64,000 nt of DNA from a virus (Duplodnaviria; Caudoviricetes), in IMG/VR virus record IMGVR_UViG_3300028048_000042; one strand, written 5' to 3'. The notes beneath the pieces are model-generated. The model ran no database searches, had not been told where the DNA came from, and saw only the letters and a program-made list of their open reading frames with translations. The translations under genes were made by a program, and so were the position numbers. The number at the start of each line of letters is the position of its first letter. Position 1 is the first letter of the stretch. Below, one piece after another: positions 19,543 through 28,134 of this stretch.

Positions 19543-19563
19543 TGTAGAATTTGGGGGATATAA
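19543..19563 (+). pseudogene. 3' remnant of an RxxG-phi gene (CRIWGI*)
   Basis: tgt aga att tgg ggg ata taa directly after the IS right end. Confidence 0.6.
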
Positions 19564-19565
19564 AA

Positions 19566-19838
19566 ATGAAATTTAATTGTTCTATTGAAAATTGTTTATT
19601 CTTAGGACAACCATCATGTGTGATTACAATTGAACTGTATAAAACATTCGCTACATTTTGTTTTGTTTGTACCGAGGAACATGGTATATTTTTACAATAT
19701 CAGAGATATGACGATTATTATCCAAAATTAATTAACCAAGAAACAATGAAAAAAATTGCTCTTGGGAAAGATAAAAGATATAAAGTAATCTCAAAAGAAC
19801 TTATGAATTTTTGTTATTTGCGAATTTTTGGAGCTTGA
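19566..19838 (+). CDS. RxxG-phi family protein
   Basis: ends CYLRIFGA*. Confidence 0.8.
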   Translation: MKFNCSIENCLFLGQPSCVITIELYKTFATFCFVCTEEHGIFLQYQRYDDYYPKLINQETMKKIALGKDKRYKVISKELMNFCYLRIFGA

Positions 19839-19841
19839 AAA

Positions 19842-20111
19842 ATGAAAATTAAGTTTAGCGATTATTTTCAAAGTTGGAGCACAAGTACAAAGGGGCAAAT
19901 ATTCATCAATAAATTGACAAAAGATAAACAAACTATGCAATTAGAACTAAGAGTTGGTTTTGCCATAAAAGTGAGTCAATGCTTTGATATACGAATTATT
20001 TACGGCAAAAAACCAATTCATAAAATTATGAATAAACAAAAATTGTTATACCAAAAATCATACAAATACAGACAATACAGATTAATTTTTTTAAGAATTT
20101 TTGGAGTTTGA
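19842..20111 (+). CDS. RxxG-phi family protein
   Basis: ends IFLRIFGV*. Confidence 0.8.
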   Translation: MKIKFSDYFQSWSTSTKGQIFINKLTKDKQTMQLELRVGFAIKVSQCFDIRIIYGKKPIHKIMNKQKLLYQKSYKYRQYRLIFLRIFGV

Positions 20112-20114
20112 AAA

Positions 20115-20423
20115 ATGTTAATTGTAGATAACTTGCCGCCTATACAATTTGGCAAATGGAAAAAATCAACTGCATTTGAAAATTTTTATTGTGATGTAAA
20201 ATTGGGAAATCATGCGAAATATAGATTGTTTTTGCAATCTTGTTATCAAAAACCACATATATTGCTTATTATCCCTTGCCGTGATGGAGAACAAACAAAT
20301 ATTAATTTTAGCAAAAAGGCAAAATATGGGAAAAAAGAATTATCAACATATGATTTTCTTCATAATAAATATACAATTGTTCAAGAAATGAGTAAAATAT
20401 ATTTGCGAACGGTAGGTGTATAA
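20115..20423 (+). CDS. RxxG-phi family protein
   Basis: ends IYLRTVGV*. Confidence 0.8.
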   Translation: MLIVDNLPPIQFGKWKKSTAFENFYCDVKLGNHAKYRLFLQSCYQKPHILLIIPCRDGEQTNINFSKKAKYGKKELSTYDFLHNKYTIVQEMSKIYLRTVGV

Positions 20424-20425
20424 CA

Positions 20426-20743
20426 ATGTTCTCGTTAAAAGAAAGTATGTACTATTGGAAAAGCAAAAGAAAACTAAAATCATTTCATAAATCAGTCACA
20501 ACAACAAGCATAAAAACAATCATTACTTTTCACTGTTTGCATGGTGGAAAATATGCTGACCATATAGACCTTATAAAACATAATCGCAATGCAAATAAGT
20601 CTTGGTCGATTTCTTTGACCGATTATCAAAATGGCGAAATTATTGATTTTGATTTTTTCATTAAAGATGAAAAAGAACGAAATATACAAATGTTAGCAAA
20701 TAAAAAATATCATTATTTTTTGTCGAGGTTGGTAGGTGTTTGA
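20426..20743 (+). CDS. RxxG-phi family protein (paralogue of 23660..23998)
   Basis: ends FLSRLVGV*. Confidence 0.8.
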   Translation: MFSLKESMYYWKSKRKLKSFHKSVTTTSIKTIITFHCLHGGKYADHIDLIKHNRNANKSWSISLTDYQNGEIIDFDFFIKDEKERNIQMLANKKYHYFLSRLVGV

Positions 20744-20744
20744 A

Positions 20745-21008
20745 ATGGCATTCCCACACGAAGAATTGAAAACCTTTTCATTCCCACAAAAAATGGTTTT
20801 TGAAATATCAACTACATATTTTTATTTTAGCGGAAATGTAAAAATGAATGGACGTAAATTTCTTCTTGAAGAACAAACAGGAATGGATAACGAACCTGCA
20901 AGGCGTTTCTTGTATAACCATCAAACATTTGAATACGTTTTGCATGAAGATTTAATGGAAAAAAGTAAACCTTACAATTTTCTTTTCCAAAGAATAATAG
21001 GAGTTTGA
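20745..21008 (+). CDS. RxxG-phi family protein
   Basis: ends LFQRIIGV*. Confidence 0.8.
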   Translation: MAFPHEELKTFSFPQKMVFEISTTYFYFSGNVKMNGRKFLLEEQTGMDNEPARRFLYNHQTFEYVLHEDLMEKSKPYNFLFQRIIGV

Positions 21009-21010
21009 TT

Positions 21011-21262
21011 ATGAAATTTGTTGGTGCATTAAATTCAGATTATACCACCCATAAAAGTTTCATCATAAGGTTGCATGGTCTTGGATTTGAATTCAATCTT
21101 GTAAAACAAACGAACAGCATTGCTGTAATTGGTGGGCTTGTTAATTTTGGGGGATATAAACATTTTGAAAATGGCAAAAACTATCTTACATTAAGGAATC
21201 TTAAATGTAAACGCAAGTATAAAGAATTTAGTTTGTTGTATTTAAGAATTTTTGGAGCATAA
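21011..21262 (+). CDS. RxxG-phi family protein
   Basis: ends LYLRIFGA*. Confidence 0.8.
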   Translation: MKFVGALNSDYTTHKSFIIRLHGLGFEFNLVKQTNSIAVIGGLVNFGGYKHFENGKNYLTLRNLKCKRKYKEFSLLYLRIFGA

Positions 21263-21264
21263 CA

Positions 21265-21552
21265 ATGATGCAAAAATTTAAAGTTCAAACGAAACATTAT
21301 CCTATAACGAAACAAATGGAAATAATTATCCATTGGACAAATTCATCAAGCAACCTTGACGCATTTGACACAAGTAATAAATTTCGCATTATTATATATC
21401 GAGGAAAAGTATTTGTGCAGGTAAGAGCGTTTACAAATCTAAAAAAAACATATGATTTGAAACAAATTCAGAAAATCGGATTAAATGACAAACGATTTTT
21501 GGTTGATACAAAAAAATTCAATTTTTGTTATTTAAGGATGATGGGAGTATAA
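21265..21552 (+). CDS. RxxG-phi family protein
   Basis: ends CYLRMMGV*. Confidence 0.8.
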   Translation: MMQKFKVQTKHYPITKQMEIIIHWTNSSSNLDAFDTSNKFRIIIYRGKVFVQVRAFTNLKKTYDLKQIQKIGLNDKRFLVDTKKFNFCYLRMMGV

Positions 21553-21573
21553 CAGAATACATTTAAAATTCTA

Positions 21574-21618
21574 TTGACAAAAAACCTTCAATACGTTATA
21601 ATACTATTGAAGGTTTTT
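21574..21618 (+). promoter_or_regulatory. sigma-A-like promoter with a 14-bp inverted repeat flanking the -10
   Basis: TTGACA-17-TATAAT; aaaaaccttcaata / tattgaaggttttt. Confidence 0.7.
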
Positions 21619-21689
21619 GAATGTGATATTGTAATTACAATGAACATTCTCACAAATAAAATCTAGCAAGCAGAATGTGAGTGATTAAA

Positions 21690-22910
21690 ATGACGATTGA
21701 AGATTTCGCTAAAACAATTCAGTCTATGGGGGGAACTGCTTATATTGTAGGTGGTTTTGTCCGTGACGAAATAATGAATATTTCTTCCCATGATTGCGAT
21801 TTAATGATAACAGGCATTAAAGAGGATGATTTTGTCAAGAAATTTCCTAATGCTAATCCAACAGGATTAGCATTCCCTGTTTTTCGTTTATTTATTGACG
21901 GTGAAGAAATGGAAGTAGCTTTTGCTCGTAAAGAACGTAAAGTGTCTGAAGGTCACAATGGTTTTGAAGTTTTCTTTTCTCCTGAGGTTACAGTTGAAGA
22001 AGATTTGGAACGCAGAGATATTCGTATGAATTCTATTGCAAAAAACATATTAACAAAAGAAATTATTGACCCCTTTAATGGTGTAAAGGATATTCAAAAT
22101 AAAATTATCAATATTACTTCTAAAAAACATTTCTCTGAAGACCCATTAAGAGTTTTACGAGTAGCACGACAGGCTTCCAAATTCAATTTTGATATTAGTG
22201 AAGAAACAAAACAAATCCTAACCCAAACGGCAGATAGTTTAGTAGAATTACCACTAGAACGCATTTTTGGCGAAATGGAAAAAGCATTAGAAACAAAAAA
22301 GCCATCTACGTTTTTCAGAATTTTGAAAGAGGTTGGTGCGTTAAAATTTGCTTTTCCTTGGTTAAACAAATTGATTGGTCAAACACAATCAAAACAATGG
22401 CATCCTGAGGGAGATGCTTTTGAACATTCAATGTTGGTTTTGGATAAAGTATCAATGCAAACCAAGGATGTGAAATTAAGGTTTTGCGCTTTATACCATG
22501 ATATTGGAAAAGCAGTAACACCGAAAGAAACCCTTCCAAAACATCTTGGTCATGATTTTGAAGGGTTAAAAATCATTGACAGTTTACCGCTTGTAATTCC
22601 GAAGGATTGGCGTAACAGAGCAAGAGCAGTGGCAGAATTACACATGAAAGTAAGAACAATAAAAAAACCTGTAAAGAAAGTACAGTTATTTAATAGGTTA
22701 AAACAAGCAGGTCTTTCCGTTGATGAATTTAAAATTATCGTTAGTGCTGACAGTATTAACGGTGATGAAGATGTACCTGCTTGGCTTACACAGGAAACTT
22801 TTGATAAAGTATTTTTGCCAATTGAAATTCCTAACAATTTAAATCCTAAAAAAGATGGAACAAAAATCAAAGAATTTGTTTTATCTGTTCGCAGTAAAAG
22901 AATTAGCTAA
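21690..22910 (+). CDS. cca: CCA tRNA nucleotidyltransferase with HD domain
   Basis: VGGFVRD..DCD, EEDLERRD, EDPLRVLR, WHPEGDAFEH, LYHDIGK. Confidence 0.92.
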   Translation: MTIEDFAKTIQSMGGTAYIVGGFVRDEIMNISSHDCDLMITGIKEDDFVKKFPNANPTGLAFPVFRLFIDGEEMEVAFARKERKVSEGHNGFEVFFSPEVTVEEDLERRDIRMNSIAKNILTKEIIDPFNGVKDIQNKIINITSKKHFSEDPLRVLRVARQASKFNFDISEETKQILTQTADSLVELPLERIFGEMEKALETKKPSTFFRILKEVGALKFAFPWLNKLIGQTQSKQWHPEGDAFEHSMLVLDKVSMQTKDVKLRFCALYHDIGKAVTPKETLPKHLGHDFEGLKIIDSLPLVIPKDWRNRARAVAELHMKVRTIKKPVKKVQLFNRLKQAGLSVDEFKIIVSADSINGDEDVPAWLTQETFDKVFLPIEIPNNLNPKKDGTKIKEFVLSVRSKRIS

Positions 22911-22972
22911 ACATAGTATTTGTTGCAAAGGTAAGGAAAATGTCAAAATAAAACTATTAGGAGCACAAATTT

Positions 22973-23410
22973 ATGAATTTATCTAAAATTAATTTTTGGG
23001 ACAAAACAGATAATACAACCATTTTTGACGAAGTAATTTTTAAAATTCATCAATACTATGAAGAAACAGAAACAATAAAGTGGCGAGATTTTGCACAACT
23101 TAAAACAAAGATTTGCAAATTTTTATTTTTATATCACAAATATTTCAAACCACATTGTAAATGGAAATTCAGCACCGAACAACAATATTACACAAACATT
23201 ATATTAAATGATACAATTTGCTTTGAACTTTGTTATATGACTGCCGATGTTTTGCTTGACCCTTCCAAATTAAAAAAACCCAACAATGGACTTAGATTTT
23301 CTGTAAAACTCAAAAATAAACAAATGAATTATGTCTACTTTAACTCTTGGGGCAACCGCTTCTTAAACAAAGAATATAAACTAATTCTTTTAAGAGGGGA
23401 TGGCGTATGA
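22973..23410 (+). CDS. RxxG-phi family protein
   Basis: ends ILLRGDGV*. Confidence 0.8.
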   Translation: MNLSKINFWDKTDNTTIFDEVIFKIHQYYEETETIKWRDFAQLKTKICKFLFLYHKYFKPHCKWKFSTEQQYYTNIILNDTICFELCYMTADVLLDPSKLKKPNNGLRFSVKLKNKQMNYVYFNSWGNRFLNKEYKLILLRGDGV

Positions 23411-23637
23411 TGAAAGAAAGATTCAAATTCAGACACAATGTTTACGAAATGGTTGCATATTCTCCATTCACACAAATCACCATAAATATAAACGCATACA
23501 AAGTTACATGGCATACGAAAAAACTAACAAAAAATTTCAATTTACGCAAAATGAATGTATTGTATAAAAATCCGTTTATCTCTGATTGTGAAGTAAAAAC
23601 TATATCAATTATTGTAGGACGGATGTGGGGGATTTAA
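23407..23637 (+). CDS. RxxG-phi family protein
   Basis: ends IVGRMWGI*. Confidence 0.8.
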   Translation: MMKERFKFRHNVYEMVAYSPFTQITININAYKVTWHTKKLTKNFNLRKMNVLYKNPFISDCEVKTISIIVGRMWGI

Positions 23638-23659
23638 AAAAATGTTTGGGTGAAAAATT

Positions 23660-23998
23660 ATGAAGAAAGAATATTATGAAAAAAATATAAGGTATTGGAA
23701 AACAAGAAAAAAAATTAAAAATTTTCGCATAGCTTCTCTAAAACACTTTCCGAAACCAATCTTTTCAACACCACTCAGTCGGCAGCATATGTTCTTTTTG
23801 TGTGGACAAGCATATGATTCTTTTGAAATCTTGCCACCTACATCCGATATAAAAGAATTTAGATTTGTTTTGAATGATTACAAGAACAATGATTATTTTG
23901 TGTTCTATTTTACGCCAAAATCGGAAAAATGCAGAGATATACAAATGCTTATTAACAAAAAATATAATCATTTGTTGTCGCGTTTTTTGGGGGTATAA
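23660..23998 (+). CDS. RxxG-phi family protein (paralogue of 20426..20743)
   Basis: ends LLSRFLGV*. Confidence 0.8.
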   Translation: MKKEYYEKNIRYWKTRKKIKNFRIASLKHFPKPIFSTPLSRQHMFFLCGQAYDSFEILPPTSDIKEFRFVLNDYKNNDYFVFYFTPKSEKCRDIQMLINKKYNHLLSRFLGV

Positions 23999-24000
23999 AA

Positions 24001-24267
24001 ATGAATATTTTTCTTGAAGATATAAAAAAAGTAAAATTTAGTTCCGTGGAAACTACAACTTTAGGTCACATTGAAGGTAGACTAACTTGCAGTTCTGAAA
24101 TTCTTGTAAATGACCTCCATTTTGTACACACACAATTAAAACTGCCTATCAATATATACAATAATAATTATAAAAGGTGGTATGATTTACACCACATGTA
24201 TTCACTAAAATTCTTAAAGCAATCAGAAAAAGCAAGACATATATATTCTCGTATATATGGAGTATGA
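24001..24267 (+). CDS. RxxG-phi family protein
   Basis: ends IYSRIYGV*. Confidence 0.8.
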   Translation: MNIFLEDIKKVKFSSVETTTLGHIEGRLTCSSEILVNDLHFVHTQLKLPINIYNNNYKRWYDLHHMYSLKFLKQSEKARHIYSRIYGV

Positions 24268-24271
24268 AAAC

Positions 24272-24505
24272 ATGAAAAAAAAAGATTTCCATTTTTGTAA
24301 GAGTTTTATTGACCCACAATTGTTCTATTTAAGTACAGACGTTATACGTTTAGGAATGTATGATGATGCTTTTTTAAACAGTGCTCATTATTTTCACAAC
24401 GATAAACAATTATACAAATTAAATCAATTTCGTGAATTTTCAATTGTTAGCGAGAAACAGAATCGTTCATTCCGATTAATTATAAGTAGACTTGAAGGGA
24501 TATAA
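24272..24505 (+). CDS. RxxG-phi family protein
   Basis: ends IISRLEGI*. Confidence 0.8.
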   Translation: MKKKDFHFCKSFIDPQLFYLSTDVIRLGMYDDAFLNSAHYFHNDKQLYKLNQFREFSIVSEKQNRSFRLIISRLEGI

Positions 24506-24529
24506 ATAAGACATATTACACAATTCATA

Positions 24530-24558
24530 TTGACATTTTTATACATACATAGTAAAAT
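24530..24558 (+). promoter_or_regulatory. sigma-A-like promoter
   Basis: TTGACA-17-TAAAAT. Confidence 0.6.
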
Positions 24559-24657
24559 ATATGTAATAGAAAATTTTTCTAAAGAGGATTGAAGAAGTAC
24601 GAATAAAGATTTTGAGAGAAAAATCATTAAAGAACGTTTTACAAAGGAGAATTTGTA

Positions 24658-25422
24658 ATGGATGAATTTTATGTAAAAATGAATAACAATGATGATGAAA
24701 AAATTTCTGCCACAGAATACTTTCAACGGTTAAAGAATAGCAAACAAAGTATTTCCGACAAAGATTTAATTCAATTTTATAATAACTGTTTACAGATGAA
24801 AGAACAGTTTGAAAAAACTGAACAAATTGATGCAATCAAAAAATTGGTATTTTTGATTGAAACTGTTACAAGAGAGAAAAAAGTTCTTGACCTTGGAATT
24901 AATCAATATGTGTTCCGCAATTCTATTGATGAATTTATTGAACATGTATCTAAAGACGAATTGAGTTTTATTGAATTAAGTCGATACGAACGAATTGTTC
25001 CTGACGATATTATTGAAAAAGTTGAAAAATGTAAAGATGTTTTTGACAACATGTATGTATTGTTTACGGATTATTCTCAAACACACAAGAAAAAATATGA
25101 GCGTGAACACGACCCTATTCTGTTTGGTGTCTTTGAAAAAGATGGTTATGTGCATGACCGTTTCTATTTTATTGGAGATTGGGTTGACGAATACTGTGAT
25201 TTAACATTAGATAAATTTGCAACTATGTATGAAAAAGTACACAAAGTCAATCCTGTTAATAAAATTTCTGCTCTTGATGAAATCAATATTGGTGAAATTG
25301 GAGCATTGAAACATGAAATGAATACCTTGCGATTCAATACAGATACAGGCAAATATGAAAAAATTCCTGAAAAAAATATGATTCAGAAATTTATCGGAAC
25401 AGTAAAAGGATTTTTCAAATGA
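24658..25422 (+). CDS. hypothetical phage protein
   Basis: AAGGAG RBS; DPILFG...FYFIGDWVDEYCDLT block. Confidence 0.8.
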   Translation: MDEFYVKMNNNDDEKISATEYFQRLKNSKQSISDKDLIQFYNNCLQMKEQFEKTEQIDAIKKLVFLIETVTREKKVLDLGINQYVFRNSIDEFIEHVSKDELSFIELSRYERIVPDDIIEKVEKCKDVFDNMYVLFTDYSQTHKKKYEREHDPILFGVFEKDGYVHDRFYFIGDWVDEYCDLTLDKFATMYEKVHKVNPVNKISALDEINIGEIGALKHEMNTLRFNTDTGKYEKIPEKNMIQKFIGTVKGFFK

Positions 25423-25865
25423 GATTAAGAGATTTTGACCTAACCGAAAATGGGTTATTTAGAAACGCAGAAAGAAGAAAATATACCGACAAAATGTTAC
25501 TGCGAATGTTAAAACGCAGTGTAATGTTTAATGGTAAAGAAGTGGGATTTGCCATGAAACGCTATGTAGACAGTATGCTTTTTGAAAAATACGGCATTGG
25601 TCACTTTTGTGATAGGTATCTGATTAAAAAACCTAAAAATTATGAGCGCAATGGATTGTTAATTGGTTCGCAAAAGAAAAAGAAACTTTTCGCAGAATAC
25701 ATGATGGCTGAAGATGGAAAAATCTGTGTATGTTGTGGCAGACCGATAGCACCTTATAATCTTACCTTGTGTAATCAATGCGAGGAAAGAGGTAAACGGA
25801 AGTCCATTACTAGCGATTGTTATCGCAGATTACAATTAAATGAACGTCCTTTGGAATGGATGTAA
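25419..25865 (+). CDS. hypothetical protein with C-terminal zinc ribbon
   Basis: CVCCG...LCNQC. Confidence 0.7.
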   Translation: MRLRDFDLTENGLFRNAERRKYTDKMLLRMLKRSVMFNGKEVGFAMKRYVDSMLFEKYGIGHFCDRYLIKKPKNYERNGLLIGSQKKKKLFAEYMMAEDGKICVCCGRPIAPYNLTLCNQCEERGKRKSITSDCYRRLQLNERPLEWM

Positions 25866-25910
25866 AAAAGAGAAATCCTGAATATTACTCAGGATTTCTC
25901 TTTTTTTTTT
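25865..25910 (+). terminator. intrinsic terminator
   Basis: gagaaatcctga / tcaggatttctc plus long T-tract. Confidence 0.8.
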
Positions 25911-25922
25911 GTTAAAAAATTG

Positions 25923-25951
25923 TTGACAACAATAATAAAATATGATAACAT
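25923..25951 (+). promoter_or_regulatory. sigma-A-like promoter
   Basis: TTGACA-17-TAACAT with TG. Confidence 0.6.
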
Positions 25952-25978
25952 ATACATAAAAGAAAGGGAGTGCGAAAA

Positions 25979-27517
25979 ATGAAATACTATGTAAATAGTG
26001 AGGAAATTGGTAATGGTTTTGCAGAACTTCATGACGGAGACTTAGACAAATTCCATTCTTTAATTGAAAACGATTTGAAGAATATAGATGTTGAATTTAA
26101 CAACCTTATGCCTTATGGTGGACTTCAATACAACAAAGGTGCTAATTCTGTAATTCTTAATTACGTTATGAGTATGAGAGAAGATGGTAAATATCCTGTC
26201 TACTTCGTTGCATATTATGATGAAAATGCAAATTTGAGAGCGTTCGTCCCAAAGAAAAACAACAATTTGGTAATGGGTGATGATGGCAAATGGCATGGTA
26301 TTTACGATAATGATGAAAGCGGAAAGATTTACAACATCACTCGCATATTAAAAGAGTTTAAAAAAAATACTATTTATATTGATAAGAAACCTCGTGACAT
26401 TGCTTACCATACCAACGAAAAACAATTTGCAAACTACATCAATCGTTTTGGTGACGAATTAATTAATTTTGTAAAATGTGATGTAGAACTCGGTATGTAT
26501 GGAGTTCAATATAATGAAGTAAAAAAGATTACTCCACATACAGATAGTATCTATAATAAAAATGGATTGGTTTTTTGTTTTGCCGATATTGAAATCAAAA
26601 ACATGCATAATATTAAAGGGATTCTTTATATCAATGAACGTGGCGGTTTACAAATGTATGTACCTATAAATGGTAATGCTATCGACAAGGCAAATATGGA
26701 AATTTTCAAACAAGAACATTGTGTATATTTTTCTGAATCAAAAATGATTAAGGAATTTCTACATTTAGTGAATATTAGTTATGATAATATTGATTTAAGT
26801 GAAGAAACATTTTATTACCGTAACGGTATTCCTTATGAAAACATTGATGCCGAAAAAATTGTTGCTAACCGTGGCAAAGTCAATGTGTTGGAAAAAACAG
26901 ATTTCGATTTTGAAAATTTTCTAAAAAGCAAATTCAATTTTGATTCTTTCGACATTGTGGAACATGGCATAGAATTTAAAGATGTATATGTGAAGCAGGT
27001 TGATGTTTCCATTGATGGCTACCATACGATTGCTGTTTTTGGTTATATGGATAAAAACAATAAGCCTTGTGTGACGATTCCTTTAAAAAACAACAATTTA
27101 TATAAAGGAGAATTAATTCCTTCTGATATTGATGAACTCCCATATATAAATTATGATTCTGTTGGAGCAAATTGTTTTGAATTATTCGAAGAAAAAGTTG
27201 ATTTAATTGAAGAAACATATACTGCTCGTCCATACGGATTTAGTATTCTCACTCCATTAATTGATGGTAAATCTGTCAATGAAGTAAATGCGTTAATTTG
27301 TGATGATATAAAATACACAAATCCAAAAAATGAAGTTACAAAGTATAGTAATAACAAAGGATTAGAATGTTATCTATTCCAAGTCGATGAAGGATATTGC
27401 GTATTGTATTGTGACATTTTTGATAAAATTCGTGGCGTAATTGTTAGTGACACAACAAAAATTGACAGAACAATTATTGCTACAAGCTTTGATAGTGATG
27501 AAGATTTGTTGTTGTAA
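25979..27517 (+). CDS. hypothetical protein with 3-4 internal repeats
   Basis: recurring Y-x-D/N-x3-L-x3-VP-x2-NN motif. Confidence 0.8.
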   Translation: MKYYVNSEEIGNGFAELHDGDLDKFHSLIENDLKNIDVEFNNLMPYGGLQYNKGANSVILNYVMSMREDGKYPVYFVAYYDENANLRAFVPKKNNNLVMGDDGKWHGIYDNDESGKIYNITRILKEFKKNTIYIDKKPRDIAYHTNEKQFANYINRFGDELINFVKCDVELGMYGVQYNEVKKITPHTDSIYNKNGLVFCFADIEIKNMHNIKGILYINERGGLQMYVPINGNAIDKANMEIFKQEHCVYFSESKMIKEFLHLVNISYDNIDLSEETFYYRNGIPYENIDAEKIVANRGKVNVLEKTDFDFENFLKSKFNFDSFDIVEHGIEFKDVYVKQVDVSIDGYHTIAVFGYMDKNNKPCVTIPLKNNNLYKGELIPSDIDELPYINYDSVGANCFELFEEKVDLIEETYTARPYGFSILTPLIDGKSVNEVNALICDDIKYTNPKNEVTKYSNNKGLECYLFQVDEGYCVLYCDIFDKIRGVIVSDTTKIDRTIIATSFDSDEDLLL

Positions 27518-27520
27518 GAG

Positions 27521-27793
27521 ATGTTTAGCGTGAATTTAGAAAGTATTAAAAATGCGATTGAAAAAATTAAAGAATTGGAATATGATTTTTTGAACAATTC
27601 CGATACATATATTGATGAAGAATGCACAACGCATTCTAACGAATGGTTAAAAACTCATTGGCAATTCAGTTTAGATATTAGACGATTAGAAGAATTGATG
27701 TTTGATTACAAATACAACCGTCCAACTATTAGTGCAGAGCGTGTAGAAAAATTATCAGATTGGTTAAATCAAAAATATGGGGTGGTTTTATGA
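27521..27793 (+). CDS. hypothetical protein
   Basis: in operon. Confidence 0.65.
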   Translation: MFSVNLESIKNAIEKIKELEYDFLNNSDTYIDEECTTHSNEWLKTHWQFSLDIRRLEELMFDYKYNRPTISAERVEKLSDWLNQKYGVVL

Positions 27794-28095
27794 GAACTGA
27801 AATTTATAATTTAATTTGTATGACAAGATTTTTTGATACAGATGATGGTAAAGTTGTGGTTTTGGAAGTATACAAAAAAGGCGAGGATTTAGGAAAAGAA
27901 TATGATAATTATCATGGTTCTCGTTCTGTTCATTATACAAAACTATTCAAAACAAAAGATTTTACCGTTGATAATGTAGTGACAGAAATGGCAAAAAAAT
28001 TAGCAAAACCTCAGTCACAATTTCAAACACTCGTAGCTTCGTTTGATAAGCAAATTCTAAAATTTTTGAGAAATTCCGTAGAACAAAACATTTGA
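27790..28095 (+). CDS. hypothetical protein
   Basis: ATGA overlap with the upstream stop. Confidence 0.65.
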   Translation: MRTEIYNLICMTRFFDTDDGKVVVLEVYKKGEDLGKEYDNYHGSRSVHYTKLFKTKDFTVDNVVTEMAKKLAKPQSQFQTLVASFDKQILKFLRNSVEQNI

Positions 28096-28134
28096 ATGTG
28101 AAATTTTCTTGAATCGCAAAGGGAGATATATGAA

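Noticed and set aside
22930-22965. ggaaaatgtcaa followed by KLLGA as a fourth IS right-end scar
   Set aside because: Match too short and no subterminal hairpin
7555-24505. Integron-type cassette array
   Set aside because: Genes abut with 0-6 nt gaps, there are no attC-like palindromes and no integrase in the window; conservation is at amino-acid level with synonymous variation
7555-24505. Tag is only a by-product of Shine-Dalgarno overlap
   Set aside because: That explains the GGA-GT bias but not the invariant Arg at -5 with six codons, the GGC/GGT Gly codons, or retention on operon-terminal genes
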